From the NCBI GenBank assembly GCA_002296185.1, contig DBHM01000027.1:158867-222866 (forward strand): 64,000 nt of DNA, written 5' to 3'. The notes beneath the pieces are model-generated. The model was given only the letters and a program-made list of their open reading frames with translations, ran no database searches and was not told where the DNA came from. Below are positions 22,078-33,857 of this stretch, in pieces (position 1 is the first letter of the stretch; each line of letters opens with the position of its first letter). Made by a program: the position numbers and the translations under genes. This DNA is from Alphaproteobacteria bacterium UBA828. GTDB lineage: Bacteria > Pseudomonadota > Alphaproteobacteria > UBA828.

Positions 22078-23064
22078 ATGCTAATACGAGTACCAAAGGG
22101 TTGGGAGATAAAAGAACGAGAGGCTACACCTAAGGATACTTTTTCCCAGCGCAGAATGCTTCTTAAGACTTTGCTTTCTGTTCCAGCGGTTGCTGCCGGG
22201 ACTTCATTCATTGCTTCGGGTAAAGCAGTGGTAGCAAAAGAAAATAATGATGACCCTACATCAGACCTTTATCCTGTAATCCGTAACAATCGATATAAAT
22301 TAGATAGACCAATAACACCAAAGGAAATTTCCACAAAATATAACAACTATTATGAATTTGGTTCCCACAAAGAGATTTGGAGCTTAACAGATAATCTTTC
22401 TACCAGACCATGGCTAGTGACCATCGATGGATTGGTAGATAAAAAAATTGTTATAGATATCGATTCACTCATTCGCCAGATGCCACTTGAAGAGCGTGTT
22501 TATAGACATAGGTGCGTAGAGCGATGGTCTATGGCTGTTCCCTATAGTGGTTTTCCTCTGAGTAATTTAATTTCTTTGGCGAAGCCTTTGAATTCAGCAA
22601 AGTATATTGTGATGCAGAGTTTTTTTGATGCCGATGTAGCCCCTGGGCAGCGGCAGTTTTGGTATCCATGGCCTTATACCGAGGGTCTTACTATAGATGA
22701 AGCACTTAATGAATTAGCTTTTATTGCAACAGGTTATTATGGAGAGCCAATACCTAATCAAAATGGAGCGCCTTTAAGATTAGCGGTTCCATGGAAGTAT
22801 GGCTTTAAACATATCAAAGGCATAGTGAGATTTACTTTTTCTGACAAACGTCCCGTATCTTTCTGGGAGGAAATTGCAGGAAGTGAATACGGCTTCTGGG
22901 CTAATGTAGCAGGTTCTGTTCCTCATCCAAGATGGCCCCAAGCAACTGAGGAGTTTTTCGGCCCAAATGGTAAGGAGAAAAGAAGAACTCAGCTTTATAA
23001 CGGTTATAGTGAATATGTATCTTATCTTTATAGGGGGCTAAAAGGTGAGTCATTATTCAAATAG
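22078..23064 (+). CDS. msrP: Protein-methionine-sulfoxide reductase catalytic subunit MsrP (YedY-like molybdopterin oxidoreductase)
   Basis: Tat signal (SQRRMLLKTLL) and a sulfite-oxidase-fold Moco-binding domain, at about 330 aa typical of YedY/MsrP. Confidence 0.7.
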   Translation: MLIRVPKGWEIKEREATPKDTFSQRRMLLKTLLSVPAVAAGTSFIASGKAVVAKENNDDPTSDLYPVIRNNRYKLDRPITPKEISTKYNNYYEFGSHKEIWSLTDNLSTRPWLVTIDGLVDKKIVIDIDSLIRQMPLEERVYRHRCVERWSMAVPYSGFPLSNLISLAKPLNSAKYIVMQSFFDADVAPGQRQFWYPWPYTEGLTIDEALNELAFIATGYYGEPIPNQNGAPLRLAVPWKYGFKHIKGIVRFTFSDKRPVSFWEEIAGSEYGFWANVAGSVPHPRWPQATEEFFGPNGKEKRRTQLYNGYSEYVSYLYRGLKGESLFK

Positions 23065-23728
23065 AAATGATGATTGCGTTGCGCCTTTAGTTATTTTCGA
23101 TTGTGATGGAGTTCTAGTTGACAGTGAGCCGATAGCTGCATCAGTAATTTCTTCTTTACTAATTGAAGAGAATATAAATTTAACCCCAACAGAATGCGAA
23201 TCTATATTCTCCGGTTATACCATGGACTCAGTAGTAGCATGGATTAAGGACAATTATTCTATTTCACTGTCTAAGAGCTTTATATCCAGATGCCACATAA
23301 AAACACTTGAATCTATAAGTAATGAATTGCAACCAATAAGAGGCATAAGAACTGTTTTGGACACTATAAGAAATCCAATCTGCGTGGCGTCTAATGGTGA
23401 ACTAAAAAAGGTAAAACATAGTCTAAGATCCGCGGGTCTCTCAAAGTATTTTGGAAATAGTTTATTTTGTATTGACCATGTATCTTTTGGAAAGCCTCAC
23501 CCAGATCTCTTCTTATATGCAGCAGAAGTAATGGGATACAAACCAGAAAATACACTTGTAGTTGAAGATAGTTTAACAGGAGTGAGAGCTGCTGTAGCTG
23601 CAGGTATGGGGGTTTTTGGTTATGTTCCTGAAGAAAAAAATAATGCAAGCTTTTTTCGTAGAGAATTATCTTTAGAAGGGGCAGAAATATTTTCTAAAAT
23701 GGTAGACTTGCCAGGTTTAATTAAATGA
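23045..23728 (+). CDS. HAD-IA family hydrolase (beta-phosphoglucomutase/phosphatase-like)
   Basis: HAD motif I (FDCDGVLVDSE) at the N-terminus and motifs III/IV (GKPHPD...VEDS). Confidence 0.7.
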   Translation: MSHYSNRNDDCVAPLVIFDCDGVLVDSEPIAASVISSLLIEENINLTPTECESIFSGYTMDSVVAWIKDNYSISLSKSFISRCHIKTLESISNELQPIRGIRTVLDTIRNPICVASNGELKKVKHSLRSAGLSKYFGNSLFCIDHVSFGKPHPDLFLYAAEVMGYKPENTLVVEDSLTGVRAAVAAGMGVFGYVPEEKNNASFFRRELSLEGAEIFSKMVDLPGLIK

Positions 23729-23732
23729 AAAT

Positions 23733-23758
23733 GGGGCCAAACCATTTGGCTTGGCCCC
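23733..23758 (-). terminator. GC-rich hairpin (GGGGCCAAA-cca-TTTGGCTTGGCCCC), rho-independent terminator-like
   Basis: Imperfect inverted repeat. On the minus strand it is followed by a U-rich tract (AUUUUCAUUU); on the plus strand no U-run follows. Confidence 0.45.
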
Positions 23759-24046
23759 TACTAGACAGGGAGGCTTTACGTCTGGGAGACGTTGGCAGCC
23801 AGTAACCAAGCTACCTTTGTGATGGCTATTTATGTAGACCATCATGGGTTCGATTCTACAGGGTAAGAACCAAAACCCGGGAGATTTGAACTAATTTTAT
23901 CTAACTCCAAGAGTAAAATAGGCCATTTTAAAAATTTTTCCAGAATAAGAATTAGAGAGTAGATATGCATTTAATGCATATCAATAAGTGATGTGATACC
24001 TCTTATTTTAGGGGGGGTAGCTCAGTTTAAAATTAAGGTTTGAAAG

Positions 24047-24937
24047 CTAATATAGCCAATTAGCAAGTTGCTCTATAAGAAAATCCCTGAAAACATTCAC
24101 TCGTTTAGAGTGTTTTAGTTCCTCAGGATATACAAAAAAACTATCAATTTCTGGCCCTTCTATATCTGGAAGAACTCTTTTTAGTCGAGTGTGATCTTGA
24201 ACAGAGTAATCTGGCAGGCCTGCTATGCCCAATCCACTTTCAACAGCTTGCACCATACAATAGATATTATTTACCTCTAAAGCTGCTTTTGTTGAACGTT
24301 CTATATTACCACTTAATTGTAACATCCAGAATGGATCGATTATTGGTGTAAGGGGGCCTCTATTATATACGATTATTTGGTGCTGTGATAGATCCTTGAC
24401 AGACTCCACTTTTCCATTTGCTTCTAAATATTGAGGGGAAGCATATATATGGTGGTGAAATTTCATTAGGTGTCTTTGTATTAAGTCAGGTTGTCTAAGA
24501 GGACCAATTCTAATAGCAACATCAGCTTCCCTCATGCTTAGATCAAGCGGAGCATCACTTGCTAATAATATCACATCAATTTCTGGATAATTTTTTCTAA
24601 ATTCACCTAGCCGAGGTGCAAGCCAAATTGATGCGAAAGTTACAGGAGCTGTTACTATTAGTTGGCCACGCGGAGTATCCCTGCCTTCAGAAATTGCTGC
24701 TTCAGTTAATGACATCCTAGAATATATTTCTTGTGCAGTCTCAAGTAATAGATCACCGTGCTCTGTTGGTGCTAGCCCCCGAGAGTGCCTATGAAAGAGA
24801 GAAACACCCAGCTGATCTTCAAGATTAGAGACTTGGCGACTAATTGAGGACTGGCTTAGATTTAATTCTCTTCCAGCTGCAGTAAAGCTTCCTGCTAGAG
24901 CGACTGTTCTAAATATTCTAAGTTTATCCCAGTCCAT
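24047..24937 (-). CDS. LysR-family transcriptional regulator
   Basis: N-terminal HTH (LRIFRTVALAGSFTAAGRELNLSQSSISRQV) and a C-terminal substrate-binding domain. Confidence 0.85.
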   Translation of the reverse strand: MDWDKLRIFRTVALAGSFTAAGRELNLSQSSISRQVSNLEDQLGVSLFHRHSRGLAPTEHGDLLLETAQEIYSRMSLTEAAISEGRDTPRGQLIVTAPVTFASIWLAPRLGEFRKNYPEIDVILLASDAPLDLSMREADVAIRIGPLRQPDLIQRHLMKFHHHIYASPQYLEANGKVESVKDLSQHQIIVYNRGPLTPIIDPFWMLQLSGNIERSTKAALEVNNIYCMVQAVESGLGIAGLPDYSVQDHTRLKRVLPDIEGPEIDSFFVYPEELKHSKRVNVFRDFLIEQLANWLY

Positions 24938-24988
24938 AAGATTTAGATCCTTTAGTAAATGATTATCTTGAAGAAAACATTTAGAATA

Positions 24989-25930
24989 TTAGTTATCAGC
25001 TAGTAGTTTTTCTGCTTCTAAGGCTCCCATGCATCCAGTGCCCGCTGCCGTAACGGCTTGTCTATAAATTTTATCTTGCACATCACCGGCAGCAAAAACA
25101 CCTTTCACGCTTGTTGATGTGCTATCGGGGGAGGTTAGGATATAACCCTCCTTATCCATATCTAATTGCCCCTTAAAGATTTCAGTATTTGGACTGTGTC
25201 CTATGGCAATAAAGACACCATCTACAGCTATTTCTCTTTGTTTGTTATCTTTTGTGGAAGATAAATTAATCCCTTTTACACCCAGAGGTTGGTCATTTCC
25301 TATTATCTCTTGCAGTGTGTGGTCCCAAACGACACTAACTTTGCTATTTGCAAATAACCTATCCTGGAGAATTTTTTCGGCTCTTAGTTTGTCTCGTCTG
25401 TGGACAAGGGTAACCTTCTTAGCATGATTAGTAAGATAGAGGGCTTCTTCTACTGCTGTGTTGCCACCGCCAATTACCGCAACCTCCTTGTCTCTATAGA
25501 AAAAACCATCACATGTTGCGCAGGCAGATACACCGAATCCCATAAATTTCTCTTCACTCTCTAAGCCAAGCCATTTAGCTTGTGCTCCTGTGCATATAAT
25601 GACTGTTTCTCCTAAATACTCATCCCCTGAGTCTGCAGTGCATAGAAATGGCCTTTTTGAAAAATCAACACCTGTTATAAGGTCAGATATAACTTTCACT
25701 CCCACTTTCTTGGCCTGTTCACGCATTTGATCCATCAACCATGGCCCTTGAATTACTTCTGCAAAACCAGGGTAGTTTTCAACATCTGTAGTGATTGTTA
25801 GTTGTCCCCCAGGCTCAAGGCCTGCAACAAGGGTCGGTTCTAGGTTAGCTCGTGCAGCATAAATAGCTGCAGTATATCCCGCTGGTCCGGATCCAATAAT
25901 TAAAACTTTAGTTCGATTTGTTTTTGGCAT
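24989..25930 (-). CDS. trxB: Thioredoxin-disulfide reductase
   Basis: FAD motif GSGPAGYTAA, redox-active CATC, and NADPH motif GGGNTAVEEA. Confidence 0.9.
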   Translation of the reverse strand: MPKTNRTKVLIIGSGPAGYTAAIYAARANLEPTLVAGLEPGGQLTITTDVENYPGFAEVIQGPWLMDQMREQAKKVGVKVISDLITGVDFSKRPFLCTADSGDEYLGETVIICTGAQAKWLGLESEEKFMGFGVSACATCDGFFYRDKEVAVIGGGNTAVEEALYLTNHAKKVTLVHRRDKLRAEKILQDRLFANSKVSVVWDHTLQEIIGNDQPLGVKGINLSSTKDNKQREIAVDGVFIAIGHSPNTEIFKGQLDMDKEGYILTSPDSTSTSVKGVFAAGDVQDKIYRQAVTAAGTGCMGALEAEKLLADN

Positions 25931-25984
25931 GAGTTAAGTTATTATTTCTATCATGTAATTTGAATTAAGGGTTATCTGATTACA

Positions 25985-26986
25985 TTACAATTTAGTATGA
26001 TAATCCTCTATAATGTTTTTTACTAATTTCCCAATCCTTTCAGTTTCTCTCGGTGGATTGTATTGCCATGAGTCTAGGCTGTCTTTATACCAACGAGCAT
26101 ATCCGGAATTAATAATGTCTTCAAAGAATCTCTCAAATCGAGCAGATCCTTTTCCTTTTAACTTATATATATATGTTGGTTTTCCAGTAGAAATAGCTTC
26201 CGAAGTCATAGTCACGGAGTCGCAGGTTGTTATAATAAAATCGGCGTGGGCCAAAAAACCAGTATATGGATTCGCCCCTTGTCCATCCCATACAAACCCT
26301 GGAGTCTCTTTTAGTCCATTTTTTAGGGCATTGAGAACATGAAGGTCTGTCCTTCTTGAACCTGAAATTAAGACGCTACCTCCTTTTTTTTGGGCTAAAT
26401 ATGCAAGCTCTGCTGCAAAACTTATAGCCGCACTTGAGTCGAATTTGTATCTGCGAGTTGAGCCTCCTATTAATACTGCTATTATTGGTTTTGGATAATT
26501 TATAAATTGTTCTGAAAAACGCTCAAGTGATTGACTTAATATTATATCATTAATCCGGTGTAATGCTCCTTGAGACTCAATAATATTTGATCCAATTAAT
26601 TTATCATGTTGAGGGGCTATTATTAAATTAAACATTTTAGGTGGTATTAATGGATTCTGAATATGTATAGTAAATGTTTTTTTTCTAGAATATTTTTTTA
26701 CAGCAATGGCATAAGCAACGGATTTATGACCACAACTAATTAAAATTTTTGGCAGTTCTATTTTGTCAGAATTACACTCCGTGAGGTTATGTAGTATATT
26801 AACCAGTGGTTTTATAGGCATCCAGTGTGGACGTATAAGATTATGAAGAGGGGGTTTGGGAACTCTTAAGCAAACAGGATTCACATTTATATGCTCTGAC
26901 AGGCCTAAGGCTTGGTTTTCCATTCCGGCTGAGCCGTCTGTAATTATCCAGCAGCTTTGGTTATCCTGTTTAGTAATCGAGCTCAT
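25985..26986 (-). CDS. ELM1/COG3660-family protein (predicted nucleotide-sugar-dependent glycosyltransferase-like)
   Basis: 333 aa with a W-I-I-TDG-x-AGMENQ N-terminus typical of the alphaproteobacterial Mito_fiss_Elm1 family. Confidence 0.45.
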   Translation of the reverse strand: MSSITKQDNQSCWIITDGSAGMENQALGLSEHINVNPVCLRVPKPPLHNLIRPHWMPIKPLVNILHNLTECNSDKIELPKILISCGHKSVAYAIAVKKYSRKKTFTIHIQNPLIPPKMFNLIIAPQHDKLIGSNIIESQGALHRINDIILSQSLERFSEQFINYPKPIIAVLIGGSTRRYKFDSSAAISFAAELAYLAQKKGGSVLISGSRRTDLHVLNALKNGLKETPGFVWDGQGANPYTGFLAHADFIITTCDSVTMTSEAISTGKPTYIYKLKGKGSARFERFFEDIINSGYARWYKDSLDSWQYNPPRETERIGKLVKNIIEDYHTKL

Positions 26987-27125
26987 GATTTCATGTTAAT
27001 TCAAGGAATTTCATACTTTAAAATATAGATAGAATAATGTGAATATGAGGTTTTTTATACAAATACTTGATTCTGATAGCTAAGTTCGTAAATCTTAAGT
27101 GAGTAAGGGGCTATTTTTTGTTTAT

Positions 27126-27199
27126 TGGTTGGGGGAATAGGATTCGAACCTATATTTACGGAGTCAGAGTCCGCTGTCCTACCGTTAGACGATCCCCCA
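27126..27199 (-). tRNA. tRNA-Gln (anticodon CUG)
   Basis: The reverse complement folds into a cloverleaf: a U1-A72 acceptor stem (UGGGGGA/UCCCCCA), a GUCU/GGAC D-stem, a GCGGA/UCCGU anticodon stem with loop CUCUGAC, T-arm AUAGG-UUCGAAU-CCUAU, and an encoded CCA. Confidence 0.8.
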
Positions 27200-27379
27200 A
27201 AAATATATATCACCGCGAGATAAGGCTCTAATGCTTAGAAGTCAACGTTTAGCATAAAATTTTCAATTATCGGCTGATTTGTGATTTTGACTAATTGAAG
27301 CTTTGGGCCTATTTAATTTCCATAGTCTAATAGCATCAGATAGGCACATTGTATCGAATATAGTGGAGAGATAAGGCCT

Positions 27380-28372
27380 ATGAAAAAAAAATCAGAACCT
27401 GGAATTGTAAGAGGTTGTTATGCGGCAATTGATCTAGGTACTAACAATTGTAGAATGATCATTGCTATCAACAGAGAAGATTCTCTTGAAATCGTCGCGT
27501 CTTATTCGCGTATTGTTCGTCTTGGAGAAGGTCTTGCAGAGACTGGTGTTTTGAGTCATGCAGCAATGGATCGAACAATTGAAGCTTTAAGTATATGTGC
27601 AAACCGAATCAAAAAAATTGGGGTCGATAAAATTTGTGCAGTTGCAACAGATGCCTGCCGTAGAGCTGAAAATGCTGATATATTTTTAAGCCGAATTAAA
27701 TCAGAAACAGGCTTAGATTTTGAAATAATTTCTCCAGAGAAGGAGGCAGGTTATGCGCTAATAGGATGTTCTCCTCTAATCGATACTACATCAGAGAGGT
27801 CTATAATCTTCGATATTGGAGGTGGTAGTACAGAAATTATAATTGTTGATAGTAGGTCCTTAAACTTAGATAGATGTATATCAATGGGACTTGGAGTGGT
27901 TGGCCTAACAGAAAAGTACGGGGGCAATTTTTTATCCGAAGAAGATTTCGAATCTATGGTTTATGAAGTATCAATACCTGTCAGGGAATTTATGATCACT
28001 CTGGAACGCGATGGAATTGAAATTAATTCACAGGTTCAATTAATAGGTACATCTGGTACATTAACTACCCTTGGGGGAGTTTACTTGAATCTAGATCGCT
28101 ATGATAGGGACAGGGTTGATGGTTTAAATATATCTATTAAAGATATAGAAATAATGATCCGGCGTTTACTGTCCATGGGCTATGCAGAGCGTTCGGCTAT
28201 TCCTTGTGTTGGGGAGGGTAGGGGAGATGTTGTTCTTGCTGGCTGCGCTATTCTCAAGGCTATAATTTCTATGATTCCAGTCCAAAAACTTATTGTCGCA
28301 GACAGAGGTTTAAGAGAAGGAATTTTGCAAGAGATGATAAAAAATAATGGAAGGTACAAAGCCCTAGTATGA
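27380..28372 (+). CDS. ppx: Ppx/GppA-family phosphatase (exopolyphosphatase / pppGpp phosphohydrolase-like, short form)
   Basis: ASKHA-fold motifs (AAIDLGTNNCRMIIA, DIGGGSTE) in a 330-aa single-domain form. Confidence 0.8.
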   Translation: MKKKSEPGIVRGCYAAIDLGTNNCRMIIAINREDSLEIVASYSRIVRLGEGLAETGVLSHAAMDRTIEALSICANRIKKIGVDKICAVATDACRRAENADIFLSRIKSETGLDFEIISPEKEAGYALIGCSPLIDTTSERSIIFDIGGGSTEIIIVDSRSLNLDRCISMGLGVVGLTEKYGGNFLSEEDFESMVYEVSIPVREFMITLERDGIEINSQVQLIGTSGTLTTLGGVYLNLDRYDRDRVDGLNISIKDIEIMIRRLLSMGYAERSAIPCVGEGRGDVVLAGCAILKAIISMIPVQKLIVADRGLREGILQEMIKNNGRYKALV

Positions 28373-29073
28373 GTAGTGCCAGAAAAAAAGGTAGTAAATC
28401 AGTTGTAACTGGTCGAAGAGGTCACAATAAAGTTACAGTAAAGGGGCGCGGGAGGCGCTCATCGTCGACTCGTTGGCTTCAAAGACAGTTGAATGATCCT
28501 TATGTTCAAGAGGCGCAGGATGCGGGTTATCGTTCACGGGCAGCATTTAAGCTTATCGAGCTAGATCAAAAATTCAATTTTTTAAAGTCTGGAAAAATTG
28601 TTGTAGATCTGGGGGCTGCTCCAGGTGGTTGGAGCCAGGTAGCTGCGAATAGGGTTGGAAAAAGGGGGATGGTTTTAGCAGTGGATATTCAAAAGATTGA
28701 CCCGATCCCTGGAGTTATAACCCTAGAAATGGATGCAACTACAGAAATTGCTCTTGAAAGCATGGTGAGGACTCTCAAATGTCCACCTAACATTGTTCTT
28801 AGCGATATGGCTTCACGCTCAACTGGTCATGCTCAAACTGACCATTTGCGTGTGGTGGCGCTTGCAGAATTGGCCGAGTTTGCTGCTAGCAAACTTTTGG
28901 CGCCAGGAGGCATATTTGTAGCTAAGGTGTTTAAGGGGGGTTCAGAAGGGGAATTGCTAAGGAATTTGAAGGCTAAGTATGATCGTGTTAAGCATGCTAA
29001 ACCACCTGCAAGTAGATCTGGATCAGCTGAGGAGTATGTTGTGGCGCAGGGTTTTAAAAAATCTATTTATTAA
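28369..29073 (+). CDS. rlmE: 23S rRNA (uridine2552-2'-O)-methyltransferase RlmE/FtsJ
   Basis: SSTRWLQRQLNDPYVQEAQ...RAAFKLIELD...VVDLGAAPGGWSQV matches E. coli RlmE. It carries about 25 extra basic N-terminal residues. Confidence 0.85.
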   Translation: MSSARKKGSKSVVTGRRGHNKVTVKGRGRRSSSTRWLQRQLNDPYVQEAQDAGYRSRAAFKLIELDQKFNFLKSGKIVVDLGAAPGGWSQVAANRVGKRGMVLAVDIQKIDPIPGVITLEMDATTEIALESMVRTLKCPPNIVLSDMASRSTGHAQTDHLRVVALAELAEFAASKLLAPGGIFVAKVFKGGSEGELLRNLKAKYDRVKHAKPPASRSGSAEEYVVAQGFKKSIY

Positions 29074-29116
29074 AAATTTTATAGAGTGCTTGGCTAAGAG
29101 GGCGATTTGTGTATAG

Positions 29117-30607
<1,491 letters not shown>

Positions 30608-30693
30608 GTGAGTTATTTAATTTATCGTAAGGTTAGAATTCTAATACTGGAATTTATTTAAGTGAAAGACATTGTGAGATCCAGAGGACCTGT

Positions 30694-32238
30694 ATGTCAG
30701 AACGAATTTTAATTTTAGATTTTGGCTCACAAGTAACTCAACTGATTGCTCGTCGTGTGCGTGAATCAGGTGTGTATTGTGAAATGAGACCTTACACAAT
30801 GCAAGATAAAGAGATTAAAAAGTTTTCTCCATGTGCAATAATTTTATCAGGCGGGCCTTCATCAATTACTAATTCAAAAGCTCCAAGACCTTCCAAAATG
30901 GTTTTTGAATGCGGTGTACCTGTTTTAGGAATTTGTTATGGGCAGCAAGTTATGTGCGAAACTCTTGGAGGAAAGGTAGAGTCGTCTAGCTCCCGAGAAT
31001 TTGGTAGAGCTGATATGGAAATACTAGAAACATGCGAATTATTTGAGGGAATATGGAGTGTTGCCTCCACTCAAACTGTGTGGATGAGCCACGGAGATCG
31101 TGTGATAGACCTACCTGAGGGGTTTAGGGTTGTCGCTGCTTCCAAAGGTGCTCCTATGGCTGCGATAGCTGACGATACCCATAAATTTTACGGTGTTCAG
31201 TTTCATCCTGAGGTTGTCCATACTCCAAGTGGTGGAGCGCTAATTAAGAACTTCGTTCAAAGAGTAGCCAAGTGTGATGGATCCTGGACTATGTCAGCAT
31301 TCAAGAAGCGGGCTATTAAAGCAATAAGAGATCAGGTGGGATCAGGTAGAGTCGTGTGTGGGTTGTCTGGGGGAGTCGATTCAAGTGTTGTTGCTGCTTT
31401 ATTACATCAAGCTATAGGCGATCGGCTAACATGTGTCTTCGTAGACTCTGGGCTTCTTAGGCTTGGAGAAGCAGATGAAGTAGTCAATATTTTCAAGAAG
31501 GAACTTAATGTCCATCTGTTACATAAGAATGCTTCTCTTGAATTCCTATCTGCTTTAGCGGGGGTATCAGACCCTGAGGAAAAGCGTAAGATTATTGGAT
31601 CGACATTCATTGATGTTTTTGAGCGCGCGGCCCTTGAAATTGGAGGAGCAGATTTTCTGGCCCAAGGAACATTATATCCCGATGTTATAGAGAGTGTTTC
31701 TGTTTCTGGTCCAAGTGCAGTAATTAAATCTCATCATAATGTAGGCGGATTACCGGAGAGGATGAATTTACAACTTGTCGAACCTGTTAGAGAGCTTTTT
31801 AAAGATGAGGTACGTGAATTAGGACGTGAGCTTAATCTTCCAGAATCATTGATTGGACGTCATCCATTCCCAGGTCCAGGTCTTGCAATCAGGATACCTG
31901 GGGAGGTAACGGAAGGTAAAGCTAATTTATTAAGAAAAGCAGATGCTATTTTTATTGATGAAATTCGTTCCGCAGGTTTGTACGATATTATTTGGCAGGC
32001 TTTTACTGTATTATTACCAGTTCGTACTGTAGGTGTTATGGGAGATGCTCGCACTTATGATAATGTATGTGCACTTAGAGCTGTCACTTCAACAGATGGA
32101 ATGACAGCTGACTTTTACCATTTTGACATGGATTTTCTCGGGAAAGTTTCTAATAGAATTGTAAATGAGGTGCCTGGTATTAATAGAGTAGTTTATGATG
32201 TAACTAGCAAGCCACCAGGTACCATTGAGTGGGAATGA
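30694..32238 (+). CDS. guaA: GMP synthase (glutamine-hydrolysing)
   Basis: GATase domain (ILILDFGSQ...GICYG), ATP-PPase SGGVDSSV motif, and a conserved C-terminal dimerisation domain. Confidence 0.9.
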   Translation: MSERILILDFGSQVTQLIARRVRESGVYCEMRPYTMQDKEIKKFSPCAIILSGGPSSITNSKAPRPSKMVFECGVPVLGICYGQQVMCETLGGKVESSSSREFGRADMEILETCELFEGIWSVASTQTVWMSHGDRVIDLPEGFRVVAASKGAPMAAIADDTHKFYGVQFHPEVVHTPSGGALIKNFVQRVAKCDGSWTMSAFKKRAIKAIRDQVGSGRVVCGLSGGVDSSVVAALLHQAIGDRLTCVFVDSGLLRLGEADEVVNIFKKELNVHLLHKNASLEFLSALAGVSDPEEKRKIIGSTFIDVFERAALEIGGADFLAQGTLYPDVIESVSVSGPSAVIKSHHNVGGLPERMNLQLVEPVRELFKDEVRELGRELNLPESLIGRHPFPGPGLAIRIPGEVTEGKANLLRKADAIFIDEIRSAGLYDIIWQAFTVLLPVRTVGVMGDARTYDNVCALRAVTSTDGMTADFYHFDMDFLGKVSNRIVNEVPGINRVVYDVTSKPPGTIEWE

Positions 32239-32266
32239 CAAGTAAATTTATTAGGGAGAATGAAAC

Positions 32267-33721
32267 ATGAGTAAGGTAATCAAGGGTGGAACAATTGTTA
32301 CAGCTGATAGAATCTATATGGCTGATGTGCTGGTTGAAAAGGATATCATCGCTGATATTGGCACCGGGCTTTCGGGAGATGAAACACTTGATGCCAGCGG
32401 TTGCTATGTAATGCCGGGTGGTATTGACCCACATACACATCTCGATATGCCGTTCATGGGAACCTACACCTCAGATAATTTTGAGTCCGGTACTAGGGCA
32501 GCACTATCTGGCGGTACCACAATGGTAGTGGATTTCTGTCTACCGGCACCTGGGCACTCACTTCTGGAGGCAATTCAGGCCTGGGACAATAAATCTTCTC
32601 TGGCGACAACTGACTACTCTTTCCATATGGCAATCACTTGGTGGGGCGAGGAGGTGTTCAATGAAATGTCAGCTGTTGTAGATAAGGGTATTAATACCTT
32701 TAAACACTTCATGGCCTATAAGGGCGCGCTGATGGTAGATGACGATGAAATGTATGCATCATTCCAGCGTTGTGCAGAATTAGGAGCAATGCCACTAGTT
32801 CATGCCGAAAATGGAGATGTCGTTGCACAGTTGCAGGCAAAGTTGATGGCTGAGGGGAATAATGGTCCCGAGGCGCATGCCTATTCTCGCCCGCCCGAGG
32901 TCGAAGGCGAGGCAACCAACAGAGCTATCATGATTGCCGATATGGCTGGCGTTCCGCTTTATGTTGTGCATGTTTCCTGTGAGCAGGCGCATGAGGCCAT
33001 CCGACGGGCGCGGCAGAAGGGTATGCGGGTCTATGGTGAACCGCTGATCCAGCATTTGCTGCTTGATGAGGGCGAATATGCCAATGATGATTGGGATCAT
33101 GCTGCGCGCCGCGTGATGTCACCGCCTTTCCGAAATCAACAGCATCAGGACAGCCTTTGGGCCGGTTTACAGGCAGGCAGCCTGCAGGTCGTTGCCACTG
33201 ATCATTGTGCTTTCACAACTGAGCAGAAGCGCTATGGTGTTGACGATTTCACCAAGATTCCGAATGGTACAGGTGGCCTTGAAGACCGTTTGCCGCTGCT
33301 TTGGACGCATGGAGTGAATACTGGCCGCCTTACGATGAATGAATTTGTTGCTACTACATCGACCAATATTGCCAAGGCGCTGAATATGTATCCACGCAAG
33401 GGTGCTATTCTTGAGGGTGCAGACGCAGATATTATCGTTTGGGATCCTAAGCGCGAAAAGACAATCAGTGTCGATAGCCAGCAATCAGCCATTGATTACA
33501 ATGTATTTGAGGGATTTAAAGTCAAGGGTCTGCCGCGTTTCACTATGACCAGGGGCTATGTCGCAATCAGTGAGAACGAGATCATGACGCGAGAGGGTCA
33601 TGGAAAGTTCGTTTCGCGTGAACCTTTCGGCGCAACCAACAAGGCGCTTTCGCAGTGGAAGGCATTGACAGCACCTCGAAAGGTGATCCGTGATCCAGCG
33701 AAGATGCCAGCTGGTGTATAA
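32267..33721 (+). CDS. hydA: Dihydropyrimidinase / D-hydantoinase (cyclic amidohydrolase)
   Basis: 484 aa with a metal-binding GGIDPHTH motif and long collinear similarity to D-hydantoinases (SRPPEVEGEATNRAI...VVHVSCEQA). GC content rises to about 57% through the gene. Confidence 0.85.
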   Translation: MSKVIKGGTIVTADRIYMADVLVEKDIIADIGTGLSGDETLDASGCYVMPGGIDPHTHLDMPFMGTYTSDNFESGTRAALSGGTTMVVDFCLPAPGHSLLEAIQAWDNKSSLATTDYSFHMAITWWGEEVFNEMSAVVDKGINTFKHFMAYKGALMVDDDEMYASFQRCAELGAMPLVHAENGDVVAQLQAKLMAEGNNGPEAHAYSRPPEVEGEATNRAIMIADMAGVPLYVVHVSCEQAHEAIRRARQKGMRVYGEPLIQHLLLDEGEYANDDWDHAARRVMSPPFRNQQHQDSLWAGLQAGSLQVVATDHCAFTTEQKRYGVDDFTKIPNGTGGLEDRLPLLWTHGVNTGRLTMNEFVATTSTNIAKALNMYPRKGAILEGADADIIVWDPKREKTISVDSQQSAIDYNVFEGFKVKGLPRFTMTRGYVAISENEIMTREGHGKFVSREPFGATNKALSQWKALTAPRKVIRDPAKMPAGV

Positions 33722-33857
33722 CTAGCATGCGAACAACGATTAAGGTGGAGTTAATTAAATATATTAAAAACAATAACTAGTTGCTAGTTTCAAAAATGAT
33801 TTCTAGAAGCTTACTTAGATTTCGGGTTTGAAGTGAAATTCTTGGGGAGTATTAGTC

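Noticed and set aside
23830-24025. Possible tRNA or two-piece tmRNA, suggested by GGGTTCGATTC and GGGGGGGTAGCTCAG strings
   Set aside because: No acceptor, D, anticodon or T stems can be paired into a cloverleaf. There is no plausible tag reading frame ending in a hydrophobic Ala-Ala stop; the only candidate, ANIAN*, is atypical. No CCA end follows the T-loop-like string. These are kept only as fragments in a finding.
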